Source of the DNA: Tricharina praecox
Lineage: Eukaryota
Length of the DNA stretch: 64,000 nucleotides
Direction: 5' to 3'
NCBI RefSeq assembly: GCF_024521635.1
Contig: NW_026250411.1
Span: 992,001-1,056,000, forward strand
In this document: positions 1 through 13,282 of the stretch, in pieces
Numbering within the stretch: position 1 is the stretch's first letter
Layout of the letters: every line of letters begins with the position of its first letter
Notes under the pieces: model-generated
Seen by the model: the letters and a program-made list of their open reading frames with translations, nothing else
Database searches by the model: none
Told to the model about the DNA's origin: nothing
Position numbers and translations under genes: made by a program

Positions 1-991
1 GTTTTTTTTCTTCTTGATTCTTCGGTATTTGAGTGGGTTTATGAGCAATGCTCGCAATGGCACTCTATGGGCAATGAGTTAGGATGACATGAGATGAGTG
101 GGTTTCAACTGAACTTTTGAACACATAATTACGATTAAGAGTTGTTTTGATGCTATTCGTGAGGTTATAGCTGGCACGGCTTGTTAAGGATGAATGTAGC
201 CTTTTGAGATGCCATTGAGAGAGTGTGTGAGGGAGAGAACACCAATTTATTTCTCATACTGCCTTGCTGGACTACGGCGAACCAAACCTTTCCTACACTT
301 TGGCATTCCAGAGAGACAATATCGATTTACTACCTATCACATACAACCTTGCCAGACTATGACGACCACAAATCCGACCTTTCCTATCAGCTCCGCCTTT
401 GAGATTCAGAGAGAGAGAACATCGACATATTCTCGCACACGGGGCCGCCTTTGAGATTCCAAACCACACAGCCATAGTCGCAACACTGACCATTCGAGTG
501 AGAAGCAGTGCCTCCCACCGTTATGCACGCGGCCCGAGCCACGCCAAGCCACTATGCGTTCCGCACCCCCAACACAAACAAAAACAACAAGGGGCAGCAG
601 CGGCATCGCAACCAACACGCGACTGCTCGGACGACGGGTAACACTCCTCCTCCTCCCCGCCTCCTCAATCAATCCAGGCTTTCTCCCTTATCACATTGTC
701 CGCCTATCTGCCCGCCTGCCCGCCCCCCCTCCCCGCTCCTCCGCCCCCGCCGCCGCCTGACTTCGTCGTCGTCGCGTCGTGTCTCCTCCCGTAACCGAAG
801 AAAGAAAGCGTTGTTGTTGAGCCGCGTCCTCCCCATCGCAACCGTCAACAAACTAAACAACGCCCGCCCGACCCTACCCAACCACCCAACCACCCGCCCA
901 CCCACCGCCAGCAACCACAGGTACAAGCCATTGCGCGCGCTCAAAGAACGCACGAGATAGACGACGAGAACCCACGTCACCTGCGCGCCGA

Positions 992-3246
992 ATGCAGGTA
1001 GCACAGCGACCGCTCCCCGTCCACGCACAGCAGCAGCAGCCATCACCTCACACGCACACGCACACGATGCCCGCGGCAACAACCAAGCGGAAAAGCAAAG
1101 CGGCGGGCCTCGACGTGGTCGAGAACGGCATCGGCGGCGGGAAGGAGAATAGTAGTGTGGTGCTGCCGCGGAAGAAGCGGGACACTGCGGCTGGGAATGG
1201 GAGTGGGGAGAAGAAACCGGCAAAGGTCAGTGAGACACGAGAGCGCGTTTTTTTTAGTGTTTTTTTTCTCTTGCTTTCTTCCTGCCTTGCTCTTGCGGGA
1301 TGATAAGGTAGCTGATGAGGGGGACAGAAACGGAAGAAGGATCTGGATACCGATGGGGACTTTCAGTTCCGGAGGAGGAAGTCCACACGGTTAGCGACGC
1401 GCGCCGAGGCGGCTGCGGGTGCGAGTGAGGATGCGACGGTGATAGCTACGCCCGAGGAATTGGCGGCCCCCGCAACGACGGCAAGGACGCAAAGGAAGGC
1501 GGTGGCGAGTGTGGTCCCAGAGACGCCAGTGGTCAGAGCGAAGCCGGTGTCATTACCATTGGACTCGCCGACACCCCCGCCGCCGCGCGCGACAAGGAAG
1601 AAGAAGGAGAAGAGAAGGGAGGAGAATGGGGATGCGGTGATGGTTGAGAAGCCGGCATCCCCGCCGCTTGCACCTACGACTCGATCCAGGAAGCCTGATA
1701 AGAGACGGCGGAATGAGAAGACGGCTGGCGCGGCGACGGCGGTGTCGGCGTCGGTGTCGGAACATGATGCGTCCGTCGATGACTCGTATTCGAGGAAGAT
1801 ACAGCTTCCGACTTCGGATACTCCAATGCAGAGAAGGAATCAGGAGCTACGAAAGGGATCCGGCGCGGAAGGTTCAAGCCGGAGACGGTCGAGTTTAGGC
1901 ATGAGGGGTCGTCGAGCTTCCTCCATGATGCAGAGCGGTTTAGTGGGTATGACATAATCCGAACTCATCCTGTCACTCGGGAGCAGAGACATCTGACATT
2001 TTTTATTTTTCTGCAGCTGCTCCACACGGCGAAATTTCACACGAAGAGTTCTACAAACACATTGGGTCCGATGAGATGGAAAACACAAGGATGAAGCAGC
2101 TTCTCGTGTGGTGCGGTCGAAGGGCATTGGACAGTCTCGGGGATGCACCACCGGTACCACCGCCGTCGCAAGGGAGTAGCGGCGGTGTGGACCAGAGTGC
2201 ACGTCATATCGGTAGGTATTGGCTCGATTTATATCTGCTGGGACAGCTGGCTGACCACCTGGTTTCGTTGTGTTGCAGCACGGGTGATAGCTGAAAGTGT
2301 GGTCAAGGAGATCTCGACCAACGGAGCGTTGTCGACATGGTTCACACGGGTAAGCGTTACATCTACCGTCTCTTCCCGTCTCCTATCTGAGCCTGTAAAG
2401 CGATTTGCGATCTGGAATCGAATCAACTGACCACAAAAAACGTTGCTCCGACAGGCAAACTCACCGGCTTCTGCAGCGATCAAGAAACCCAACCCGAAGA
2501 ACGAGGAGAACCAGACAAAAGAGAAGGAGCTTCTAGCCCAGTTAGAGTCGTACGTCTATGCGCTCCATCTGTTTTTTTTTCTTTCTCCCGCGTAACCTCC
2601 CTCCCTCCCGACACGTTTGATTACCCAACGCTTGTGCAAGACAAGCGCACCTGTACAACCGCACAGTGCATGCAGGATTCAACGGGCTTCCCACTCAGCT
2701 CCGATCTGCTGCATGAAGCAAAGGGCAGATAACCCAGATTTCATCCCTGCTGTCTCACTCACGTGTCCTCGACTACTCTGCTACTCGCCGCCCGCAACGC
2801 GAAGCTAACGAGACGAATCGTGCAGACTCGATACCGAATGCAGCACCTGGAAAGCGCTTCGCGCACTCGACAAGCCGGACTTCCCCTTGCTACCAGCAGA
2901 AGGCGATGACGATCACACGGCGTTACTTCGCCCCGCGGAGCGTGCTTTTGCCGAAGCACGTCGAAGCGGGGACGATGTCATCGCCGCAGCAAAACGCCTC
3001 GTAAAACAGCAAACCACAGACATCGAATTCGATATGGATCGGTTCGCGGACAGCGTGCACCGCCTTCAGATTTACGGCGATGCGGCTGATCGATTAGCGG
3101 GTCAGGTTCTCGTCGGAGCTGGCGAGGCGGTTAGAAGGAACGACGCGATTGTAAAGAAGACGGTCGGAACCGATGGTTTACCCTTACAAGAAGTGCTACG
3201 GTCCATATCGAACACCTCTCACCACCACCTCCACGCTGCATCGTGA
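992..3246 (+). CDS. DSN1: Kinetochore MIS12/MIND complex subunit Mis13/Dsn1 (about 6 exons)
   Basis: Spliced model with introns at 1226-1327, 1947-2016, ~2212-2278, ~2350-2454 and ~2550-2826. Fungal Mis13-type motifs: DTDGDFQF, SDTPMQRRNQELRK, RRRSSLGMRGRRASS, EFYKHI...RMKQLLVWCGRRAL, KKPNPKNEEN, IEFDMDRFADSVHRL. The start could be ATG 992 or ATG 1067. Confidence 0.85.
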
Positions 3247-5928
3247 TGTCACCCCGCATGGAATCGAGTCGGTCACAGGGTCACCAAGGAGAAGGATTGG
3301 GGATCTGGGAAAGTTTATCGGAAGCGGGCGTGGTTATCTCGTCTTGGGTCGCCGGGGTCGGGAGGGGAGGCTGGGACTTGCTTTGGAGGATTTTTGCTTT
3401 TTTGAAATTCAACCTGGCTACTTGACTTGCGCATGCTGCTTCTTCTTTTTTTATTTGCTTTCTCGGGTGAAATTTGCGGGTTTTTTTTTTCTTGCTTCTT
3501 TCCTTTTCCTTTCGATTGGGGCGTACTCTATACTTGTATTTTCGTGTCGTCGCGGTGTTTTATTTTTCCTCCGCTTTTGCTTTTGCTTTTTTTGTGCTGG
3601 AGGGTTACAATTATGCCGTGTCGTGGTGTGTGTGTGTATGTGTGTGTGTGCTTGCACGATGCTTCCCAATCCCCCGCCCGCCGCCCGCCCGCTGTGGGAA
3701 TGAACGCACGGAATGGAGTTACATATCATTCAAAGAAGGAACACTTTACCGTTATGTTTTGTATGCATACCTGCTCGGCTCGAGATGGGAGGGGGCTTGT
3801 ACAAAGTGTCAGAGTCGTGAGCGAGCCTGAACTGTGAACTGTGAACTGTGAAGGCATATCAATTCTCCATCCGGCGTTGGGCATCATGCATCAGGCGTCA
3901 GGCATCAGGCATCAAGCGTCATGAGTACCGAGTAGCAACGAGTCTCGCGAGCGTCGTCGTCAAGTTTGAGTTTGAGTTTGAGTGAGGTGTGGTGATATTT
4001 AAACACCGGACGTTCTGGGCCATGGGCGGTGGGGAGCTATTATTGCGTACGCCGCGGATTGATGGGATGGGACGTCCACGGAACGGAACGGGATGTTTCT
4101 CTGGTTTGGGTGGGAGAGATAGAGGAAGGAGGGGGAGGGAGGGAGGGTAGATCTTCCGGCGCTCCGGAATCTGGATTATGTTTCTGTTTCCGTTTCTCCC
4201 TCTGTTTCTCCTTCTCGTTCATGCTCCTCGGTCCATGCGGATTGAGAGTGAGATTGGGATTGAGATTGAACGTGAATGATCAATTGAAAGTGAACGTGAA
4301 TGACAGGTGACAGGTGAAAGGTTTCCTCGCCCCTCCCCCTCCCACCAAGTACTCTGGAAACCTAGAAATCTGGAGACTTGGGAAACCTGGAAATCTGGAC
4401 CCTTTTTAAATAATAAAAGAATGGTGTTTCTCTCTCTCTCTCTCTCAACGGGCGCGCGATTTCGGGATTACGGGACCCGTATACCTGGGTGACTGGGTGA
4501 TTGGGTGATTGGGTGATTGGGTTAGATCTGGAATTCTAGGGGCGATAGAGTACATACGTTTTAACGGACCTATCAAGTAATGTACGGTAGATATAGTTAC
4601 TCTAGAATACTGCGGTACTTTTCTACGTACGCAGTTTACAGTTTACATACAGTGTACACCGCACCGCACTGCTCGCACCTGCCACGGGTGGTATCAGTGT
4701 CAATGTCGATGTCGATGTTGTACTCTACTTTACTACTCTATTCTAAAGTACCGGTATAGGTAAGGGACTGTGGGGCCGGAGCGTTAGCTGTCACCGTCAC
4801 CTCACCGTCCCATCACCCGTCACCGTCCCGTGCCGTCACATGTCGTCAAATGATTAGATATTTTTATTTTTATTTTTAGGGTGGCTGATCATTGATGGAC
4901 GGGTGACGATCACGGAATATCACGCCTTGTTCGTTCGTTCGTCGTTGCCGTCATAGTGTCGAGTTGTGTACTACGTCCTGCGTACTCCGTAGAGTATGGA
5001 TTCTCGGGCGAATGTGCATGTGTGCTTGTACTCTACCTATACTCCGCAAATTGCAATACTACAATTGCAACCCCGTCGCTGCCGCCATAGTTACTACGGG
5101 GCCGCGGTGACAGCTGCACCACACAGTACCGCACCGAGTATGATGTTGTACACGTACTGCGCCGCCGCCGCCGCCGCTTGCGCCGCAAGCGAGGGTGACT
5201 GGTGACTGGAGATTGGAGTAGCTAGGTCCAGGTACTTACGCTACGCCTTACACCTTACTTACACATTCATTTACACATGGATACCTTACACATTTACATT
5301 TACACATGGATACCTGCCTTCATCTCCCTCCCTCACTCCCTCGCTGGGGCATCCTCACACCGTCGAACTGACCACATCCTACGCAAACGGAGTCACGCGC
5401 CGGCCGGCAGTGTCAACTCGTCACCATCAATTCGTCAACCATCAACCCGTCAAAGTTGGGGAAGGAAGGAAGAAAAGAAAGATTTTTCGTTCCATCTCTT
5501 CCTTTACGCACATGCCGAGCGGCCCGGTCGGTGCCCACTGCCAATCAGTGTTTGTGGAGTATGTACGTTTGCGGAGTATGTACATACATATATAACGCAG
5601 AACGCAGAACGCAGAACGCAACACAGACCAGCGAGATGTCGATCCTCCGCCGATTCCGATCCTGAGAATCTCAGATTCGCTTAGATAGGTACTTACCTAT
5701 AACTAGGTACGCGGCGAGCATGACGCAGTGGCAGTCGCAGTGGCAGTGGTAGTCGCAGAAGCAGAAGCAGTCGCCGCTGCCGGATGTGATGTGGATGTGA
5801 TGAGTCGGTTTTTATGGTTTTTGTGGTATTTCTGGAAAGTTGCGGGTCGGGCGGTGTAGGAGGGGGAGCAGGATGGGGATGCGGAGGAGGAGGAGGAGAA
5901 TACGGTAAAAGGTGCTTTACATAAATAC

Positions 5929-6030
5929 ACATACACAAGTGCATACACAAGTACAAGTACATACACAAGTGCATACACAAGTGCATACACAAGTGCATAC
6001 ACAAGTGCATACACAAGTGCATACACAAGT
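5929..6030. repeat. 12-bp tandem repeat (GCATACACAAGT)n, about 8 units, one degenerate
   Basis: Read directly; it generates the spurious MHLC, VHTQ and LVYA repeat ORFs. Confidence 0.95.
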
Positions 6031-7830
6031 ATGCATGTATGTATTCCCGAAGTCCAATACCCGAAGCCCAATGCCCGATGTCCAATATCAGCTGTCCAGT
6101 TCCGCGACAGCATATTTCATTTCGTTCATTTTGTTCGTCCCGTTCCGTTCCAATTCAATTCATTTCAATTCGTTTCCTTTCGCGTCTGTCCGTGTCTGTC
6201 GCGACTCGCACGGGCAGCTACCGTACTTTCAAGTCTCCACTCTCCACTCTCCACTCTCCATAGTTATATAAATCTACCTTTGTATATGCAGGGTGTGATA
6301 CCTAGATGGCTGGAGTCAGTAGAGTATTGGTGTGGGTGTGTCGCTGGTACGATCGATATAGTGGAGAACCCGTCGGTGCCCTCGATACCTCGATACGGCA
6401 ACTGGCTGTCCCAGACTCCGCACTCTCCGCACTCTGGATACATAGGTATATATTCTGGTATGTACTCTATGCACCAACTCTGTCGTTCCACTTTTCTCCA
6501 GCCAGCCAGACACATGGAATCACTCGGCGTTACTAGTACTGACCAGTGACCACCCCCATCGGCCTCATCAGGCAGGAGGTAGATACTCTACTCTACTCTG
6601 GGTATGTATGTATGTACTCGACATATCATCGTCCCTCCATCTGCCCCTGTCCGCCCGGTGGTACATACCGCCAATCATACCGACCGTGCAACACACCGCT
6701 ACCCACTCTATCGATCGGGGAATCGATATCAGATGTCATCCATCGAATCGGCAGGGCAGGGGAAGGGGGAGGGGAGGGGAAGGGGAGGGAGGGGGGCAGT
6801 GTGGATGTGGATGGATGAATGGATGGATGGATGGATGATGGATGCGTGAGTAGAGTACTCTATGTACATATGCAGAGTGGGTACTAGAGTACCTACTACC
6901 GACTAGGTAGGGAGTGGTATTGAGCAGCAGCAGCAGCAGCGAATTAGATATTATTTTTTCGTCACTTTGTAGTTATGTAGGGGGGGGGGAGGGGGGAAGG
7001 AGGGACACCGAATCGGTCACGGTTCACGGTTCACGATGAATGGAAGGAAGGATTCTGAATCTGATTCCGATTCTGGTTCTGATTCTGTTCTTCCTGCGCG
7101 CACGCCGGACTGGGAGCACCCCTGATGCTGCTGCTCACAGGTCGATGGGGAGTTTTTGTGTATGCTGTCTCAAGTCTCGATCTCGCAGCGACACGAGGGC
7201 TAGTTCCGGAGGCGATGTTATGTTACATACATACGGGGAGGGAGGGGACCGGCTGGCGGTTGTGTTGTGTTATGTGTGGGTGTGTGTGTATGTGCGAGCG
7301 AGCTACATCGAGAGGGTGGGGGGAGGGGGGGCTGGTAGAGTGGGTGGGTAGGTGATTACCGGGGAGAGAGGCGGGGCTGATGATGACGATGGTTCTGCTC
7401 GTTTTTGTTGCCCTGCTGCTGGCTGGAAAGCGAATCTGAGATCTCGAATGAGTGAGAGCGCGGTGGGTACATGTGGCATATGAGATCCATGGACAGCTGG
7501 CCCCGGACAGCGATGGGGGGGCCTACCTACCCTATAAGCGTAGCCGATAATGATCTGACTCGGTTCCGTCTCACCTCACCCTCCCTCATGGGAGAGACAG
7601 CGAGCATCGTGCAGAGCTTGAGGCGGAGCTTGGGCTTCATTCCCGAGCTTCAGCTTCACCGAACAGCGCCTCCCATAGGTAAGTTTGTAAATACCTAGGT
7701 GGAATCGGTAGGGCCCTCCGTCGGGATTTTTTTCATTCTTTTCGCTGGAATGGTTCTCTTTCGGGACCTTAGTCATCGCGGTGCGCACTCTCACTCAGCC
7801 CCTGACCTGACTTGGTGGTTTCGATTGGAT

Positions 7831-7914
7831 TCATTCGTTCGGTCATTCGTTCGGTCATTCGTTCGGTCATTCGTTCGGTCATTCGTTCGGTCATTCGTTC
7901 GGTCATTCGTTCGG
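7831..7914. repeat. 12-bp tandem repeat (TCATTCGTTCGG)x7
   Basis: Read directly; followed by (GGTC)n. Confidence 0.95.
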
Positions 7915-10900
7915 TCGGGTCGGTCGGTCGGTCGGTCGTCGCACGTTCGTGGTCCTGGATCTTCTCCTCGCGCCCCACTCTCTCCCATCGCTGGTGCTGC
8001 TGGTGCTGGTGCTGCACAGTGCAGGCATCGAGTTCAGAAGTGGCCTGATCAGATGGCGGCCTGGGTGTTTTTAGGTTTTGGCCGTGGACCCTTGTCCGAG
8101 CCATGGAGCAGCCCCCGGTCATTTGGGGGCACGGCTGGGGCGTCAAGCGAGAGCCAGATGGAAATTTGGGCGCAGGGATGCTCTTATTCGCTCACAAGCT
8201 TTGGCGGCTGTGCGGCACTGGAGGGAGGGAGGGGAAGGGAGGGAGGGGAGTGGGAATGGGGGGAAGAGGCCTTCTAGAAGAGGGTCCTGCCAAGCGCATG
8301 GAGATTGCCGCATAGGCAAGTACCGTAGTTGACTGTAGCTCTTTTCCGGGCAGTGACCCGTGGCGATACGATACCACGAAGCAAGCTGGCGATGTTGGGG
8401 AGTTGTGGTGGTGGTGATGATGACGATGATGGAGTGCAGCAGGTATCATAGGTATGTAGACCCGATGAAACGGTACTCTCCGTAGCTGAGCACCGCTGGC
8501 TGGCTGGCTCGCTCGGTTGGTTGGTTGGTTGTTCGGTTGGTTGGTATGTAGTACTCTGCCAGAAGCATGTGGGTTACCCCGTGCACCCAACGTGCAAAGT
8601 GCAAGATGGATGGATACGGACGGTACAGTCACTCGGTGTACACACATTCACGGTACACTACCTACATGTGCAGTGCAGTGTGCAGATCATCCTCGAAATG
8701 GGTAGCCTGGACAGAACAGTCGAGGGAGCAGAAAAAGGGCGTGAACTTTGTGAGGCACCAGCCGCCCGTAGTGCACTGTTGGCTAGCACGCAACTACAAC
8801 GGAGACGCGGAAGCCACACACCACACACCCACATCACACTCACACTCAGACACACAGACACCCGCTCACACGCACGAGTGCACGAGCGTACGTCCAGGAG
8901 AGGAAGGGGAACGGACCCGGATCGAGGCCATCGGAAAGCTTCCTGGACCGGATCGCTGCTAACCAATCTCTGTTGGCTGCGGTGTTGGAAGCGGACGGGA
9001 AGCCGAGTGGCTGACAGTGCCTGCTAACCACCTATAGATACTGTACCATACACACATACCGCCATCCCCACGATGACATGCACGGGCAAGCCTCATTTCG
9101 CGGAAGAGGCCGGTGAAACACCGTGTTTCAATCTTATATAAGCCGGCACCTTCACTTTACCGCGAGCTCGGGTTCCCGTCGTATGTATGTACGTGCTGGC
9201 GGCGCTCTTCCGTGCATACACGGTAAGTACCGGTAGGTATCTACTCAGCCAGCCAGGGAGCTGAGAGACGGACGGGGAGGGAGCGAACGAACGGGCGAAC
9301 CACGGTAAATCATACTCACTACTCAGCCAGGGAGCTGGGCGAACGGGCGAACGGACGGACGGACCAACGAACGGAAGTTGCGGAAGCCGTCGAGGCTGCC
9401 GGATCTCCTCCACCAAAAAAACGAAAACCCAAAACTGCCGCTTGCCGAGGCCGCCCTCTGCCCCCCGTCCCCCCGTGTCCCGCCCCCCGCGAACGAATCT
9501 CCGCATCTCACTCCGGCGTTGCCCCGGAGGCTGGCCTGGCTGGCGTGTGTGGCGACTCCAGCTGACGGTGGCGGATCGGATCCGGCTGGGGCAGAACGTT
9601 TCTGGGAGTTTTCGGCTCGCGAGTCGCGAAGCAGCAGCAGCAAAAGCCCAAGGGGTTCGTTCCTTGGTTGCACCGCACTCCACTCCACTCCACCCTCTCC
9701 GGTGGGTTAGGGACCGAGGATCCGTCCCGGGTTTGGGATCGGCGGTTTCGGACGGAGATGTGCGAGCGCGCGAATGCAGCCGCCAAGAGTGCGGCGCGGT
9801 ATGGTATCCATCAATCATGGCAGATTGGATTGGTCGAGGAGTAGAAACAGGAGTAGAAGCAGGAGGAGAAGGAGAGACCGCATTGGCGCCCGCTTAGTCA
9901 CGGCCTCTAGTTGAACACAATGGGCGCGCGCAGCGCGCGCAGCGCGCTTGAGCCCTCAAAAGACCACATCGCCGAGCCGGCGGCCCATCTATCACACACA
10001 CAACACCCCACGGTCCCACCGCCGCATATCTCGTGTGTAAATTACGTACGTACCAGTACGTGCGTGAATGGGCCCCGCACAGCAGCAGCTGCTGCTGCTG
10101 CTGCTCCGGCAGTTGGGCTGGTGCAGCATATCCGGATTCGTAGCGACCTCCGCATTTTTTTGGTCCCGGGAGTTCGGTATACCCCCCCGTGGAGTGGAGG
10201 GAGGGCATGTATGGAGCACGGGGGGCAAACACGGCTTATCCGCCCTCTATTATGTATCCCCCCCTCCTCCTCCCCCCCCCCGGAATGCCGATGCTCGCTC
10301 GCTCGGCCATAAACAAACGCGCACTCATTAAAAAAAAAGAAGGGGAAGGGAAAAGAAGAAATGAGCAATCGGAGCCGGAATCGGGAATCCGGCAATTGGT
10401 TAATCTCAAATCTCGGATTGACCTACCTTGGAGTGGCGATGGTTATATACCGTACCTACTCTACCTACGTCACGCAGATAGGTACCCATCATACATACAT
10501 GTGTAGATACAGTGGGTAATGTAGAGATGTCCTGCACGACCGGACGTTGAGCCCCATTCCCGTCAAGGGGGCCGGGGCATGCGCACGAGAGAAGAGCGGG
10601 GTCCAGAGACATCGCATCTGAAGAGGTTAAAAGAGATCTTTTATCCCGCTTCCTTGCACTTGTTGGGTCGGACGCCCCAGATCCCGCAAAGTGACAAATC
10701 CACCACGATACGATAGGGAGGTACATATTGGTACGATGCACCGTAACCGTTGGATCGTATTGCAAGCGATACGGACTAACCAGCTGTTGCGATGGTAGGT
10801 ACCAGGTACTTAGGTAAGTACCTACTTCTTACTTACATCCTACCTCCCTACAGGCTACCTACTTCCCTACCTACCCACCCGAAGGTTCGGTGAGCGCTGT

Positions 10901-11275
10901 GATGAGTGATCCTTGAATGATGGACCGTCCGTGACGACGATTCGCTGGCCCTGCCGGGCCACACGCCAATCCAAGTCGGCATACCTAGGAAAGTACCTGC
11001 CCAGGGAAGGAGGGAAGGAGGGAGGGGAGGGAACAAGATCGTACGTTTTTTTCCCCCCAGGTCCTTTCCCATAGACACAGACCTCAGCCGATTTCCTCGT
11101 ATCCTCCTTCCATGCATATGTACCCTGCCCGTCCAATGCCCATTCTTGGTCATTCAGGTCATTCAGCTCCCTACCGGGCGTGCCGGATCTATATGTAACC
11201 ACTAACCAGCAGTATGTATCTACTCTAGGTATCTAACCAATGATCAATGATCAATCCATCGACGAGTGCGGGCGA

Positions 11276-11351
11276 CCAGATATAATCTAGATCTTCAGCC
11301 GACGGAACGAGGAGAGCGCGCTTCTCCAGATATAATCTAGATCTTCGGCCG
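11276..11351. repeat. 26-bp direct repeat CCAGATATAATCTAGATCTTC(A/G)GCCG, two copies 50 bp apart
   Basis: Copies at 11276-11301 and 11326-11351, with one mismatch. Confidence 0.9.
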
Positions 11352-13204
11352 GGAGCGGAGCGGAGGGGAGGGGAGGTACGATGACCCAGTTACCGGCTGG
11401 AAGAGCTTGTTTGCTTGGAATGCGGCGATAGCGACGTCACTCCGGTGAAGGGATCGGATCGGATCGTCTCTGTCGCTCGCGAACGCTCAAAGCGACGCAG
11501 CGAGTCGACGATTGTGAATTGCAATTGCAATTGGTGCGGTGGTGGTGGTGGTGGTGGAATACTCTGCTCGGTACAGGTACACAAGATAACTATATCTTGA
11601 GCTGAGCTGACTCACTGAGCCTGAGCTGAGCTGAGCCCAAGGAAACTGGAAGATACCCAATGCGTACATAAAAAGAACAAGCCCGCAAGCGAATACCTGA
11701 GTACTGACATACCGGTCTCACAGAATCTCACAAAATCTCCTAGTGTTTCTATTGGTGATGTTTCTTACCCATTGGATGATTCTGATTATATGTCTCCGAA
11801 AAGTCGCCGAGCAGTTCCGTTGCATGCCTGATTCCTTATGGCAGTCTCAACGGATTCCGCTTTGGAGAAGGTACTATAGATATCGAGTACCGGCTTCTGG
11901 ATGTCACTTCCATGTCGATCTTATGTACTTTTAGAGGGTTTGGGGGGAAGGAGGTTTGGGTGGGATAGGATGGGAGCGAGGGCAAGGAGACGGAAATTTG
12001 TTGGACGTCGGGGACGTCTTTTTCTCCATCTCTCTCCCTCTTGATGTAGGTTGCCTGATCGAGCAAGACCACCATCGACTGGCACTGGCTGCACGCCCCC
12101 TGCTTTGAGATGGAACCTGTCTGGCTATGCACGCCCAAGTTGCCCAACAGAAACTCGATGATGCATGTAATGCAGCACCGAGGTTGTCGCTTTAGATATC
12201 GGTACCGGTACCGGCATCACACACATCTCGGACATGAAGCGCGAGAGGGGAAGGCCTACCTGCTATACATAGGAGGTGATTGCAAGGGGAGTAGAGTATC
12301 CAGATGTAGTAAGAGTGCGTAGAGTAAGTGAGATACCTAGTAGGCACGTCCCGAGCCGCCGCCGCCGCTGTCGCCGCCGCTGTCAGGAGGGACTGTCAGG
12401 CAGACAGGAGGGAGAGACTGTCAGGACTCAGGAGGGAGTCTGTTCGTGCGTGCGTGCTAGTAGTGCGTGCGTGCGAACGTGCCCGGGTGGGTCGCCTGCG
12501 CCGTAACCCTAGGCCGCGAATTGGGCCGCAACTTGGGCCGCAACCTGACTGGACTCCTTCTGCTTCCGCTCCGATTTGATTTGAATCGACTCGACAGGGT
12601 TCTGCGAATACCGGTTATCTAGGTACTCTAGAGTGGAGTCTGGAGCAATGATGGCTATCTGGGCTCGGATCTGGTGAGCATCGGAGCTTTTGAAACGATA
12701 GCGGGAAGGCTTGATTGCCCCATTCGCAGCTGCTGCCGCTGCCGCATTGCATCGGATTGGGGCAGGGGAGGGGGGGGGGGGGCGGCTCGAGTTGAGTTGG
12801 GCGGAGTGTTGGTGGTCCGGGGGGACTCCAGATGAGGAAGAGGAAGAGGATGAGGAAGAAGAAGGGCTGAACTCCAAGTCTCCAACTCCAGCTGTCAGCC
12901 GTACCTACCCAGGTACTCTTCTTACCGGGTACCGTGGCAGATGCGGAGGATGCGGAGAAAATCACAAAAACAACAAAAACAACAACAGAAGCAACATCCG
13001 TCCGGACTCCGCGGCGATAACACGATTGATGTGTTTTTCGGGAGGAAATTCGGATACGATTGAGTGGAGGAGGATCCATCCATACCTGTGTGCGAGTATG
13101 GTACCGTCGAACGCACAGTTACATGATGGTTATTGGCCGGCTACATTCGCCGAGAAGACGAGGGGAGTGCAAATGTGCAAGTGTTGTATCCAGTGCGGCT
13201 GCGC

Positions 13205-13282
13205 TTCCCAAGTTCCCAAGTTCCCAAGTTCCCAAGTTCCCAAGTTCCCAAGTTCCCAAGTTCCCAAGTTCCCAAGTTCCCA
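13205..13282. repeat. 8-bp tandem repeat (TTCCCAAG)x9+
   Basis: Read directly. Confidence 0.95.

Noticed and set aside
2550..2826. Longer Mis13 intron with small hairpins, as a possible H/ACA snoRNA host
   Set aside because: An AGATAA H-like box is present, but there is no second hairpin with a terminal ACA and no C/D boxes.
12503..12512. TAACCCTAG as a telomerase RNA template or telomeric seed
   Set aside because: A single partial match with no supporting repeats or recognisable structure.
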